64,000 nucleotides of DNA from Octopus vulgaris (GCA_951406725.2 OX597821.1:99572001-99636000); one strand, 5' to 3'. Shown: positions 42,093 through 56,969, numbered from the stretch's first letter. Notes: a model not told the origin generated them from the sequence alone. Program-made: numbers and translations.

Positions 42093-43037
42093 TGTATCTG
42101 TATTTATGTATGTATATATATATATATATATATATGTATCTGTGTGTGTGTGTATATATATATATGTGTGTATACATATATATTTCTGTGTATTTATATA
42201 TATATATATATATATGTGTCTGTGTGTGTGTATGTGTGTGTATCTGTATATGTATATATATATATGTATACTTTATCTTTTATCTCTTACCTGTGTTAGT
42301 CATTTGACTGTGGCCATGCTGCAGCACCACCTTGAACTCCAGGACTTATTTCTGTAAATCCTAGTACTTATTCTGTTGGCATATTTTACCAAACAACTAA
42401 GTTACAGGGATGTAAACACACCAACACTGGCTGTCGAGCAGTGGTGGTGGTGGTAGGGGATAAACAAACACGCACATACGCTGGGCTTCTTTCAGTTTCC
42501 ATCAACCAAATCCACTTACAAAGCTTTGGTTGCCACAAGGCTATAGGAGAAGACACTTGCCCAAGGTATCATGCAGTGGGACTGCATACAGAACCATTTG
42601 GCCAGGAAGGAAGCTTCTTATCACACAGCCACACCTGTGCCTATAAGTCTGTGCCAGAGTGTTGAATTATCTTAATGACCTCAAGGTGCTGAACCTTTCA
42701 GGTGAGTGACAAAGGATTGAGATACCTGGTGCTTGCTGTACTCAAGAAGATCCGTATCCCGCAGCAGTAGTGTTAATTCTGATATTTGTGGTGGTGTAAA
42801 GCACTCATGGTGGTGTCACATAAAAGTGCCAGTACGGTGGCACGTAAAATCACCTGTGCAGTTCCATGTAAAAGCATCTGTGTGGTACCATGTAAAAGCA
42901 CCCAGTACACTCTGTAAAGTGTTTGGCGTTAGGAAGGGCATCCAGCCATAGAAACCTTGCGAAATCAGACTGGAGTCTGGTGCAGCTCCCCAGCTTGTCA
43001 GCTCTGGTCACATGCTAGCATGGACAATGGACATTAA

Positions 43038-43257
43038 CCCTTTCATTACCAACCTGGCACAAACCAGCTCTTGCTCTAAGTACAAATGTCTTGTTTTCAT
43101 GAGTTTTTAATCAAAATCTTCCATCAAACCTTAGTCACAATTTATGTTCCTAACACTAGCTTAATGATAACCAAGTTATCTTACTAAATTCTTTGTTACA
43201 TTTAAAGTAATTGAAAGAAGCACAGAGCACCTCAACAGAAATATGGTAACAAAAGGG
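43038..43257. mobile_element. piggyBac-like MITE with TTAA target duplication, inserted in an RTE 3' tail
   Basis: TTAA-ccctttcattacca ... tggtaacaaaaggg-TTAA; removing it restores ggacattaaatgatgatg. Confidence 0.85.
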
Positions 43258-44011
43258 TTAAATGATGATGATGATGATGATGATATATGATATATGCATG
43301 TATATATATTACCACCTTCATCATTTAATGCCCACATCTCCATTCTTTCATGGAGCAGACAGATTTTGTCGAAGCAGATTTTCTATGGTCAGATGCTCTT
43401 CCTGCCACCAACCCTGATCTATTTCCAAGAGAAGCTAATATTTTCCCATGTCACCCAACCCATATATATGTCAGTGGTGACACCTCTATATGGTTGCTTT
43501 GACTTGCGAGACAAAGCAGCCAAATCTGTCTTAAATCATACATTTTCCTTGTCAAAAAAAGAGTCAGACACATTAGATAATTCGCACCTAAATGTATTGG
43601 GTCTGTATGAAAAGATGGGATAAGATAATGCAATCCTTCATATAGAAGACAGATACAGTTAAAAGGCTTTTATCATACGTCTACTCAATAAGAGATTGCT
43701 TGTGGCAAAGTAACAATAATTGTTTTGAACCAAAGCAGAATCTTCTATTTTGTTGATACACAAACATTCTTCTCTCATTTATCTCCTCTTCTATATGAAT
43801 TTCATTATTTATCCATTTACTCCTATGCAAAAATATATATTAAATAATCTCTCTTTGTGTAAGTGCATGTCACTGCCAGATACCGTCTTTAAGATAGTGT
43901 GTGTGTGTGTGTGTGTGTAGACATCATTGTCATTATCATCATAATATGTGTGATGTATATGTATGTGTATATGTATATATGTTTATGTATGTATGTATGT
44001 ATGTATGTATG

Positions 44012-44046
<35 letters not shown>

Positions 44047-44324
44047 GCGCACACAACATACACTACCCATATACATATATACACATATTGTGTGCATGTA
44101 TACACACACACATATAGTGTATGTATATACATACATATATACATATATATATACACAAATATATTCATTTATCTATGTACAGATATATTCATTCATACAT
44201 ATATGTGTATCATTGTGTGTGTATAACATACATATATACTCTACTGATATATATATAAATGCACAAACATAACACGTGTGCTCGTGTATGCGCGCACACA
44301 CACACACACTCAGACACACACACA

Positions 44325-44386
<62 letters not shown>

Positions 44387-45666
44387 ACTATCAAATTATC
44401 AAGCTTGCAATCTCTGTTGCTTCTTGTGATGTGTAGTTATATATGTAAATGAAGAAAACTGCATATGTATCTGCATGTAACTGTATGTGAATATATTTGT
44501 ATATATATTAAAAATTCTGTATGCATGTACATGTTGTGTGTATATGGGTGCATGCGTGTGTGTGAGTGTGTGTGAGTGTGTGTGTGTGCAGGTGTGCATT
44601 AATGCAGCATATGACTTAGGTATAATGGTTTCATTGAATGGCTTTGCGTGCTGCGGTTGCTAATGAAAACATATCAGTTACCAGGACCGAAATAGATATG
44701 CAGACACTCACACACACATACATCCACATGCACACATCATATACATTATACACATACACATATATATGTGTTTACACAGATAATAAAATCTTCTATGCAC
44801 ATGACTATATACTCACTCACATGTTCACAATACTCTTTTATGAAAATGCACCCTTACACTAATGTACATTTTTATCTATCTATCAGTCTGTCTGTCTGTC
44901 TGCCTGCCTTCCTGTCTGTCTATCTATCTATATGCATAAACACATGCACACACACATGCACTCATGTGCACACACACATGCACGCATGTGCACACACACA
45001 TACAAACAGACACACAAAATCACCCAGGCACAATATATTTCTCACACATTATATCATCAATCGTTTAACGTCTGCTTTCCATGCTAGCATGGGTTGGACG
45101 GTTCGACTGGGGTCTGGGAAGCCAGGAGGCTGCACCAGGCCCAATCTGGTCTGGCAGTGTTTCTACAGCTGGATGCCCTTCCTAACGCCAACCACACCGT
45201 GACTATAGTGGGTGCTTTTAACGTGCCAGGCGAGGCTGGCAACAGCCATGATTGGTTGGTGCTTTTTACGTGCCACTGGCACGGAGGCCAGTCAAGGCGG
45301 CGCTGGCAATGGCCTCATTCGGATGGTTCTTTTACGTGCCACCGGCACTGGTATCACATCTGTAATTTCCATTGATTTTTGCTATCATCCTCCTCCTCCT
45401 CATTATCATCACATAACGTCTGTTTTCCATGCTGGCATGAGTTGGACATTTTGACAAGAGCTAACGATCTGAAGATCTGCTCTGGTTCCATGTCTGTTGT
45501 GGCATGGCTTCTACAGCTGGATGCCCTTCCTAGCACCAATCACTTTACAAAGTCTACAAGGTACTTTTACACAGCGCTGGCATGAGTGATTCTACATGGC
45601 ACTGACATGGGTACTTTTTACATGGCACTAATACCTACAAGCCTGCAAAATTAGAATCACTCATCT

Positions 45667-46092
45667 CAGGGCCAGATTAAGACCCATTGAGGCCCTAAGC
45701 ACTTAAAAGATTTTGGTGCCCCCATAAAAGATTATGTAATTCAAAATATAAATAATAACAAACCATAAAATAGGTTTTTATTTTTCAAGATGAAACAAAA
45801 CAGTAAGAGGGAAAATTATGTTTATTTTTGTCTACTTCCACTTAATTTATATTTGAAAAGTTTCCTCCTACTTTTTTGAATTGCAAAGTCTTTGATCAGA
45901 TCCTTAAAATTAATCTTAGGTAACACATATGCATCTATATTTAGTAGAGATAAAGGCATCATGAATATTATTTTAGTAAGTTTAAAGTGATTTCTTTTGT
46001 GCTGTAAACCATTTACCATTTCTGTGGTGCCACCTCCTTCCCTTGATGCCCTAAGCACATGCTTATTTTGCTTAATGGTTAATCCAGCACTG
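45667..46092 (-). mobile_element. hAT non-autonomous derivative
   Basis: TIRs cagggccagattaa / ttaatccagcactg; internal LSLLNIDAYVLPKINFKDLIKDFAIQKSRRK resembles the end of a hAT dimerisation domain. No clear 8-bp TSD. Confidence 0.75.
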
Positions 46093-46224
46093 AGTCTCAG
46101 CTGAAGAGGGATGTAGGAGACATGCCTGCATGCAAGGATAACCACGGTTTTATTTTGTGTGACATGTCTTCCCAAGTACAACAAACTGTGACAATTCTCA
46201 GTCCCTTGTCATGTATATATTATA

Positions 46225-46774
46225 CGAGGTCTGGTCAAAAAGTATTGCGGACTGGTGCTATAAGAAGAAAACTGCAAAACATATCTGTTTGGCTTTTATT
46301 CTCCTTCCAGGTAGACCCCCTTCTGAAGCCACACACTTTAACCAGAATTGCTTCCATTGAAGGAAGCATTCCTGGAACTTGTTTTTTTTGTTGGGGGATA
46401 ACAAGCAGCTACCTCATTGTATTCTCTAGGATTTCCTCAATGTCTTGAAATCTTGCTTGTTTTGAGTGAGATTTGATTTTTGCCTTGGTTTCAGGATCAT
46501 AAGCAATAGAACCACAATTCAACACTCTTTCAAAAAGTTTTTGCCTTCCTCAACACAATAAAGTAGATCCTCTGGAACTGAAACCTGATCTTCTTTTCGA
46601 GATGACCACACTCTACACACTTTACTTCTGGGCACTGCTATAAACAATAGAAGTGAGTGAGAGTGTTCTTAATGTGTGACAGTTCAAGATCAGTCTGTGC
46701 CAAGGGGCTTCACTCTGCATACTTTAGCTCCATTACCATAGCAACAACCCTGCTACTTTTTTGATCAAACCTCA
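46225..46774. mobile_element. Mariner-type MITE or deletion derivative
   Basis: TA-cgaggtctggtcaaaaagta ... tacttttttgatcaaacctca-TA imperfect TIRs with TA flanks. Confidence 0.75.
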
Positions 46775-46812
46775 TATATGTATATATGTATGTATATATG
46801 TACACACACACA

Positions 46813-46855
<43 letters not shown>

Positions 46856-46944
46856 AACTAAAGGTGGTGCTCCAGCATGGCCGCAGTCAAATGACTGAAA
46901 CATGTAAAAGAGTAAAGAGTTAAAGAGTATGTATATATACAAGT

Positions 46945-47899
46945 ACAAATGCAGCTGATGACGAGCTCAGGCCGAACCTGGGCGTCGACGAGGAATACCT
47001 GACCTGCCTGTTCAGGATGACTTTCAGGCCAGGACTTATGGACAACTTCCAGAGATCCCTGGCCTGGCAGTGCTACCGAAAAGCACTAACTGTTTGGGAT
47101 AAGCTCTTCAGACACGGCTCGAGAAACACGGGGCTGACCTGCCCAAGATGCAGTCAGTGCGACGAAACCGTTCTGCATGCACTCGTGCAGTGTCCAACCA
47201 TTTCCGACCTGTAGGCTTATGTCAAATGACTGTTGTCACGTGTGGGACGAGTCGGTTTATCAGCTAAGTCTATCGTCAATATCGTCACGCCTCCTTCCTT
47301 CAAATGGGAAGGAAGAGCTATTGTCATCATACTTGTGGCTATGGTGAAAGAATGTATCTGGTGGACGCGTCTGAAAGGATTAGAGACAAACACTTTCCTC
47401 TCTGGTCAATCTTTCATCAACTTCTTCAAGTATCACTTGAAAAGGAAAGTGAGAGTAGAGAGGCAAGTTTTGTCTAGCGAATGTTTCAAAAAAAGATGGG
47501 TGAATGTAGCAAGGATGGCACATATGAATGATGAAACCACCTCGAGCATAATCCTATGAACCCGGAGAAATTTAAAACAGAGAGTTACTTACTTGAAAAT
47601 AAATGTGTTAACATGTGACATTATTGACTGAGGTTACCATGGTTTTTTCCGTAGGCTTTTCTTTCCACTGATAAACCTTATCTGCTTCCCCCTTTGCACT
47701 TTACATTTCTGTGATACACGATCCCTATTGATCGTTTTTTCTTTTTTCTTTTTTATTCATTTTTTCTTTTTTTTTCTTTCCTTTTTACGATCCCTTTTCA
47801 TCGAAAATCAACCCCACTTTTTTTTTCTCCCCTAAAAGAAAAGCTCTGCTTTGTAATTTGTCCCATCTGTGTTTAGCCCTGTGTGGCTAATAAAGAAAC
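46945..47899 (+). mobile_element. L1/Tx1-clade LINE 3' fragment
   Basis: SLAWQCYRKALTVWDKL...CPRCSQCDETVLHALVQCP (zf-RVT CCHC), ..KECIWWTR..FKKRW; 3'UTR ending aataaagaaa, followed by (TCTA)n. Confidence 0.85.
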
Positions 47900-47900
47900 A

Positions 47901-48007
<107 letters not shown>

Positions 48008-48794
48008 ATATCTATCTACTACTACTATAATATATATATACACACACACATTTACAGGCACATTTTTTGTCTGTGAGTGTGCAAATGTGTGTATGTATGT
48101 TTGTATGTGTGCATTTGCATTTTTTTTGTTTTTTGTTCAAGTGTTTGTACACATTTGTGTATGTGTGTGCTTGTGCATGCACAGGTGTATATGCCCAAGT
48201 GAGTATGTCTATGTGTATGTGTTGTGTGTGTTAATTCAAGTCTGATTGCAGAGCTGATTATTCAATGACATTTTATGGAATAATAGAAATCCCATCCTTC
48301 AATTGCCAATAACAAACACAGCATCAATCTCTGCTGATTTATGCATGTCAAAGTAGGTACGTCACAATCAGAGCATATCAACATCAACACTACCTGGCTC
48401 TATTGATTTTACTTGCAGTCAGTTGCATGCAAGCAGTGATAGTTTTCCAGATATAAGGATAGGCACAAGCATGGCTCTGTGTTTAGTAGATTGGTTTTAC
48501 AACTGCATGGTTTGGGGCTGAGTCCCACTGTGTGATACATTACACTGGGAAAGAGTCTTCTACTACAGCTCCTGGATCTGTCCAAAGTTTTGTGAATGGG
48601 TTTGGTAAACGGAAACTGGAAGAGGCTTGTCGCTCATCTAACCCATGCTAGCATAGAAAAGCAGACCTTAGATGATGGAGCATACCTCCTCCTCCTTGTC
48701 GTCATCGTCATCATCATCATCATTTAGTGTCTGTTTTCTATCCTAGCATGGGCAAGACAGTTTGACTGTTTTGGCACTTGGTTTCTACAGTTGG

Positions 48795-48849
<55 letters not shown>

Positions 48850-48975
48850 TATGCACATATGTATGTATATTATGTATATATTTGTGTGTGTGTATATATA
48901 TGTGTATAGATATATAAGCATATATATATACATGTATATATACATGTTTTAAAAAAATATATGTGTGTGTGTGTG

Positions 48976-50098
<1,123 letters not shown>

Positions 50099-50136
50099 GT
50101 CTTCAACTAGACTGGTGTCATATATGTATGTATATA

Positions 50137-51376
50137 TTGGGTCAGCTCATAAATAATGTATTTTTTAAATATTTCTTTTATCTTTCAAAATGAATATAAA
50201 CAAAGTTCTTTTTTCTTTTTTAACCTAAAATATATTCTATTTCATTTTTTACAATGCTCTTCCACCTGTCTTGTAGACTTGCAAGGCCCATTTTCCAAAG
50301 TTCCTTTGTCTGTGATGAAAAATACTCCTCCATTACTGTTCTAACCTCGTCTACTGAATTCATATTTTTTCTGTCCAAATGATTTTTGAAGATTGCAGAA
50401 TAAATGATATTCAGATGGGGCAATGGCCAGTGAATGTGATAGGTAGAGCATCATTTCCCATTCAAACTGCTCCAGCCTTTGGAATGTCATCTTTGCTTTA
50501 TCCTGATGGAAGAACACTTTTCATCTTGTAACCAAAGATAGTTGTTTTTCTTCTAGCTCTGACTTAAGCCACTCAAGCTGCTCACAGTAGATGTCCTTTG
50601 TTATCATTTAGTTTGGGTTTAAAAGCTCAAAGTGGACTAAACCTTTCATGTCCCACCAAACAGATAACACCACCTTACATGGGAGAAGACCTTCTTTAAC
50701 CTGGGGTGCTGGTGTTTCTCCTTTCCCTGCCCATTGTCTTTTTGCTTGACATTTTTATAGAGAACCCATTTCTTGTCACCAGTCACTATTCAGTCCAAAT
50801 AAGGTTCATTCGTGAGACATGACAACAAAGAAGAGCACACATTCACTCTGTGTGATTAGGCTCGGAAGGTTTGTGAGGAACCCATTGACCCAATTTGCTG
50901 ACTTTTCCGATGGCACACAGGTGTTGATGAATGGTTGAATGAAAAACTCCAAGCTTCCTTGCTATTTCTTCAACAGTTATGATGAGATTTTGTTCCACCA
51001 GGATTTTCAGGACATCCTGGTGAAGCTTTACAGATCTTCCAGGATGAGACTTGTCTTCTAGGCTGTAGTTTCTGGCTCAGAATTTCTGGAACTACTGGCT
51101 TACACTAATTGTCCAATCCCCATATACTGCATTAATATTCCTCACACTTTCCTTTGCATTGTTACTTTTATTGAACTCATAAAGCAAAATACGCCAAATA
51201 TGCTCCTTTGTCACTTCCATCATAGCTTTGAAAAAAATTACTTAAAATCGAACTGCATTCCTCAAAACTTGTACTAAGAATAAGTACAAGGTAAAATTAC
51301 TACCTGCTTTTATAGCAAGTTGATACAGGTAGTTTATCCCATCCCCCTCTGAATTTTAGTTCATGCAGTTGAAAAA
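50137..51376 (-). mobile_element. Degraded mariner transposon (transposase pseudogene ~51223-50220)
   Basis: Minus: MMEVTKEHIWRILLYEFNK..., KLGQWVPH, IVTGDKKWVLYKN, C-terminal LASLQDRWKSIVKNEIEYI; TA-flanked TIR ttgggtcagctcataaataatg at 50137; stops and frameshifts present. Confidence 0.9.
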
Positions 51377-51394
51377 TCCTCAAGCATCATTTCA

Positions 51395-51800
51395 AGTAGT
51401 CAGGACATGTCATCTGAATGGCCCCTTCAAGACTCCTGTGGTTTGTCAATAGCAAATGACCTCTTTGAGCCCCAAAATGCAGATTCAAAGACTAACTGAA
51501 GACTTCCCTCCTTTAAGCTGGCATCAGCATGAACACCGGGAAACAGAAGCTGCTGGCTATCTGTCCTGGCGAAGAGCAATTCATTTAGGTTGATCCACTT
51601 TTGGGGAGAAGAGAAAAAGTGAAGAAGAAGCAAAAAGAAGGCAATGCAAGGCTTGGCAACTTAGGAAGTTAATTGTTATGGCCAGTCAAAGAGTGACCAT
51701 TGGTTTTGCACCTGTAAAGTGCTTAGCTGTAAAAGTGACCTGACAGGCTCAAATGGTTGAAGGTGCATAACCTTTCTACAACTTGAGGAAGAAATATGTC
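51395..51800 (+). mobile_element. Old RTE C-terminal fragment
   Basis: ..RFKD*LKTSL..AGIS..SWRRAIHLG*STFGEKRKSEEEAKRRQCK, with frameshifts. Confidence 0.55.
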
Positions 51801-53551
51801 ATGATCAGTTCCTTTTGTAAACAAAAAAATATTTGTGCATACAGGAGGTGTTACAGGTGGGACTGTTGCTGTCTCTTTCATTAACACAAGGGTCTGATGT
51901 TGTCGTTATTGCCACAGGTGTTATTGCTGGAGTCACTGTCAGTGCTGTTATTATTCCTTGATGTGATCCTTGCGGTTCCATTGTTTGCTGGTGTAGCAGC
52001 TATTTCCAGCTGCAATGTTGATGTCGCTGTTGCCATTGGATCTGTTGATATTGTTGTCTGCTGCTTGATGCACTACTGCCACCATCACCGTGACCATGCT
52101 ATTGTTGTTGCTGTTGTTGCTGCTGTTTGTTAGTTTGTTTGTTTGTTGAGCAAAGTGGTCTTCATGGGAGAAGTCCAAAACGTGGTCCTTTGCTATTCAT
52201 AAGACCCACAGAAGAGAAAGCAGGTAAACCCCTGACACCGAGAGCATCGACGGAGGGATGAATGCTCATCCAGGCTCAGCGGTTGTGTAGGAAGTCGGGG
52301 ACAAGAAACAGGAAGAAAGAGTGAGAGAAAGTTGGAGCGAAAGAGTACAACAGGGGTCGCCACCCCCCCACCCCTGCCAGAGCCTCGTGGAGCTTTAGGT
52401 GTTTTGTGTTCAATAAACACATACAACGCCTGGTCTGGGAATCGAAACTGTTGCTGCTGTTGGTAGATGTGGTATTGCTGCTTTGGATGTTGCTCTGGCT
52501 GCCAGTGCTGGCAACCAGCCCAACCTCATACATGATCCCCTTGGCTTCACATCAATCCCCTTGGCTTTGCATCAATCCACTCAGCTTTGCATTGACCCCG
52601 TCAGCTTCACACCAACTCCATGAGGCTTTGAAAAGGGACCATGTGCACTTCCTTGTCTCCTCTCACTGAGTCACAGCTACCATCATTCCAATTGCATTCC
52701 AGTTGTATTCTTTGCTAAGAAGGGTTTTATTTTTCATTTCTCTTTGTCCAAAAGATAGCATTGGATCATTTGTTGCTTTCTTTGAAAGGCTTGATAGTAA
52801 TTAATATGCTTTCCTGATTCTAGAAGTGTTTCTCATTGGTTTGGTACTTGCACATTTTGTTTAATCTATTATTTGTCTTTAAGTGGTGGGTCCAGAGGTA
52901 TTTATTAAAGGCTTGGTACTTAGAGGTCCTGTCTTTAAGTACTTGTTGCTAATTATAACAATGCTAAATTTAAATTTCACTCTGTCAAACAATTGCCACT
53001 ACAAGCCATCAAAATATAGATGCATGGTGGCAGAGTGGATAAAATATTTGACTATGGAATCAGGTGACTAGAATTTGAAATCTGAATCACGGAATGCATT
53101 CCAGTATTGTACAGGTTTCAAGTCAGTTGACAGTATCTTCTTCACCTTCTGAAATTTATTTATTTATTATTATTTTTATTTAAGAACAACTCCCTTGTTT
53201 AATCTTCAGCTAGTAACCCAGATAAATTCGAGCAATGCCTCGACTCATATACATTCCTGAGATATTTACTAATGTAAATGTTTGTTCTAAAGAATAAAAC
53301 CCAGCCCCAGAAACTTCAAATGACTCAATGTTATTCATTGGTGACAAATATTTTCATTAAATATTCAAATAATAGCAGAAGACACTTGCAAAGCACCTTG
53401 GACAGGTGGCTTCTACTATAATCCCAAGTTAACCAAAGCCTTGGGAATGGATTTGGTTGATGGAAGAAATCAGTTGTTTGTGCACATATGTATATATATA
53501 TATATTTTTTTTGTGATATTTTTGTACATATATATATATATATATATACAC

Positions 53552-54018
53552 ATATCTCCAGTATTTGAGTACTATTTTCACCCACCTTGTTTCACATTTA
53601 TGTGCTTACTATGGTATATCATCATCATCATCATCGTTTAATGTCCACTTTCCATACTAGCATGGGTTGGACGGTTCAACTGGGGTCTGGGGAGCCCGAA
53701 GGCTGCACCAGGCCAGTCAGATTTGGCAGTGTTTCTACAGCTGGATGCCCTTCCTAACGCCAACCACTCTGAGAGTGTAGTGGGTGATTTTATGTGCCAC
53801 CGACACAGGTGCCAGACGAGGCTGGCGAACGGTCACGCTCGGATGGTGTTTTTTATGTGCCACCGACAAAGGTGCCAGACGAGGCTGGCAGACGGCCACG
53901 CTTGGATGGTGTTTTTTATGTGCCACCGACACAGGTGCCAGACGAGGCTGGCGAACGGCCACGCTTGGATGGTGTTTTTTTTTTTATGTGCCACCGACAC
54001 ACACACACACACACACAC

Positions 54019-54080
<62 letters not shown>

Positions 54081-54316
54081 ATAGTAAGCACATAAATGTG
54101 AAACAAGGTGGGTGAAAATAGTACTCAAATACTGGAGATATTCTGTATTATTAAAGCTGGAAAAACATCACAAAAATATCACAAAAAACTGCTACTCAGT
54201 TTCATGTTCTCATTTGTCAGACAGTTTTGATTGAAAACTGTCCAATGAATTGGAACATGAAAGTCTGAGTAGCAGTTTTTTGTGATGTTTTTGTGATGTT
54301 TTTGCAGCTTTAATAA
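53552..54316. repeat. Adjacent inverted repeats: perfect 68-bp arms (53552-53619 / 54074-54141) and fold-back 54148-54316 with degenerate hammerheads
   Basis: Direct reverse-complement comparison; the inner arms match the 5910-5991 family. Confidence 0.85.
53791..53998 (-). repeat. 3+ copies of a 63-bp unit inside an RTE 3'UTR
   Basis: tatgtgccaccgacacaggtgccagacgaggctggc... starts at 53791, 53854 and 53917, with a partial unit at 53985. Confidence 0.9.
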
Positions 54317-54327
54317 AGTACATATAT

Positions 54328-54493
54328 AGGTGTAGGAGTGGCTGTGTGGTAAGTAGCTTGCTTACCAACCATATGGCTCCGGGTTCAGTCCCATTATGTG
54401 GCACCTTGAGCAAGTCTCTTCTACTATAGCCGCGGGCTGACCAAAGCCTTGTGAGTGGATTTGGTTGATGGAAACTGAAAGAAGCCCATCGTA

Positions 54494-54586
<93 letters not shown>

Positions 54587-54822
54587 TGTGTGTGTGTGTG
54601 CATGTATATGTTTGTGTGTCTTTGTTTGTCCCCCCAACATTGCTTGACAACTGATGGTGGTGTGTTTACGTCCCCATAACTTAGCAGTTTGGCAAAAGAG
54701 ACTGATAGAATAAATACTAAGCTTACAAAGACTAAGTCCTGGGGTCGATTTACTCAACTAAAGGCGGTGCTCCAGCATGGCCACAGTCACATGACTGAAA
54801 CAAGTAAAAGAGTAAAAGAGTA
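54328..54822 (+). mobile_element. Full-length copy of the dominant tRNA-derived SINE (central TA/TG microsatellite, (GTAAAAGA)n tail); many full or partial copies across the window
   Basis: A box TGGCTGTGTGG, B box GGTTCAGTCCC. Other copies include 158-330, 9800-10060, 11934-12160, 19630-19990, 29195-29760, 31960-32340, 42270-42640 and 60170-60320+62515-62726. Confidence 0.9.
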
Positions 54823-54970
54823 TATATATATATATATATATATATTTTGGATAATAAAATGAGTGGTTTACACCTGGATTGATGTTAGATGTGTCGAAGC
54901 AATTGTTGCAATTACTAATGAAAAATTATTAATAATTTGTTGTATTTTTCCTCTTCTGTCTTTCATTTGC

Positions 54971-55001
<31 letters not shown>

Positions 55002-55102
55002 GTCATCATCATCAATGCTTAATGTCTATTTTCCATGTTGGGGGATTGAACCCAAAACTATGGGGTTGGGAAGCAAATTTCTTAGTGACAGAGGCACGTC
55101 TG

Positions 55103-55206
<104 letters not shown>

Positions 55207-55305
55207 TAATCCAAACATGAAAACACAAAGAGAAAACACAACAACGTGAGGATGTGGAACAAGTATAGTATTATTGGAGACTCAGGAAAGAAGGAAAGAA
55301 GGAGG

Positions 55306-55340
55306 GTTTAACGTTTTGAGTGGAGCTCTTCGTCAGAAAC
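55306..55340 (-). ncRNA. Degenerate minimal hammerhead motif within a small element (~55201-55410)
   Basis: Minus: gttt-CTGACGA-a-gag-ctcca-ctc-AAAAC-GTT-aaac; G>A in GAAAC at a CpG. Confidence 0.55.
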
Positions 55341-55422
55341 ATAGCAAAAGGAAAGATCCAAAGAAGGGAAGACGGAGGAAAAAAAACGCCAACGGTACAC
55401 ATGCGGTCACACACACACACAG

Positions 55423-55477
<55 letters not shown>

Positions 55478-55481
<4 letters not shown>

Positions 55482-55757
55482 TGTCAAAACACTATTTTGC
55501 AAAACAAACAAGGAAAGACTTAATCAATACATAAAATTTTAATAAATAGTCAAAAAGCCACTACAATTGTTTCTTGTCTTATCAGGTGGACTTCAATAAG
55601 TCAGTTTCAAATTTGAAACTAACTTATTGGAAGTCCACCTAAATTGTCGATCAAGACAAGAAACAATTGTAGTGGCGGTTTTTTGACTATTTATTAAAAT
55701 TTTATGTATTGATTAAGTCTTTCCTTGTTTGTTTTGCAAAATAGTGGTTTTGTCTCT
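55478..55757. repeat. Fold-back palindrome centred near 55611 with a broken hammerhead in each arm
   Basis: cactattttgcaaaac...gtttcaaa|tttgaaac...gttttgcaaaatagtg; both arms carry ccac...GAAAC-aatt-GTA-gtgg. Confidence 0.9.
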
Positions 55758-55846
55758 AATAATATTTTATAATATTTTACTATAAAATTGGATTTAATCC
55801 TAAATCTGATTTTTTTCCCTGTAAATTTGGATTTATTCCCTAATAT

Positions 55847-55903
<57 letters not shown>

Positions 55904-56160
55904 TGTGTGTGTGTGTGTGTCTCCTTGTTTTTGACATTATGTGGTAGTTGTAAACAAATATTACCAGCATACATGTAGTATCATCCATTTCCTGTCATCC
56001 ATGAAAGCATGTCTGTGCAAAGGGATACATGTGAGAGTTGGCTACATGAAGGGCATCGAGCCATAGAAAATTTGCCTCAAAAAATTCTATCAGGCCTATG
56101 CAAGCAAAGGAAAGTGGACATTAAAACGATGATGATGATGATGATGATTATCATTATTAT

Positions 56161-56641
56161 TGAGTGGGAGAGCAGTGACACTTGGGTAAAATATACTAAG
56201 CCCCATATACACATCATGACTACCCATCTGATAAGGGTACACCAGGCACATACATCACAACCATATGTGCATGACATGGTGATCTCATATCAAGATAAAT
56301 AGCGCATGACCTTGCAGGTGGGGCCCAGTTAGAATTTTCTTCTGGTTGAGTAGCCCATCCTGCTCAAAAGGATTGTTTAAGGATGTTGAACGAACATCCT
56401 GAATAAGGATTGTTTAAGGATGTTGAACGAACCTCCCATGTTTCCAAAGGTGAAGTATCCAAACTTCTAAGAATTCCTTTCAATACACGGCTATGATGCT
56501 CCCCCACTACTTCTGCTCGTGATCAGAGATGCACATATATCGTCAGCCACTAAGGGACATGCTCAACTGGTTAAGGTCAAACAACTGACAAACAAATCTG
56601 TGGTATTGAGCAGAATATTTGCTGTAGCCCATCTTTTATAC

Positions 56642-56642
<1 letters not shown>
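56161..56642. repeat. Unclassified interspersed-repeat-like segment between (ATT)n tracts, with internal ~28-bp tandem duplication (56368-56432)
   Basis: Sharp microsatellite boundaries; aaggattgtttaaggatgttgaacgaac occurs twice. Confidence 0.4.
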
Positions 56643-56709
<67 letters not shown>

Positions 56710-56969
56710 TGGCGAGCTGGCAGAACCTTTAGTTTATTGAACAAAATGCTTTGCGGCATTTTTTCTGGCTCTTTACATTCTGGGTTCAAACTCCACTGTG
56801 GGTGACTTTGCCTGTCATCTATTTGGGGTTGGTAAAATAAGTACTAACTGAGCACTGGGTCAATGTAATTGACTAGCTCCCTCCCCAACAATTTCAGGCC
56901 TTGCACCTATAGTAGAACAGATTATTATTGTTGTTGCTGTTGTTTTTGTTGTTAATATTATTATCTTAT

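Noticed and set aside
42658-42701. Apparent LRR micro-exon (VLNYLNDLKVLNLSG) with CAG|GTGAGT donor
   Set aside because: It continues as ..VTKD*DTW..AVLKK and an RTE 3'UTR, so it is homologous to the RTE C-terminus at 17290; the acceptor is also weak.
53791-53998. CRISPR-like regularly spaced repeats
   Set aside because: Whole units repeat without unique spacers; eukaryotic context, no cas genes; part of an RTE 3'UTR.
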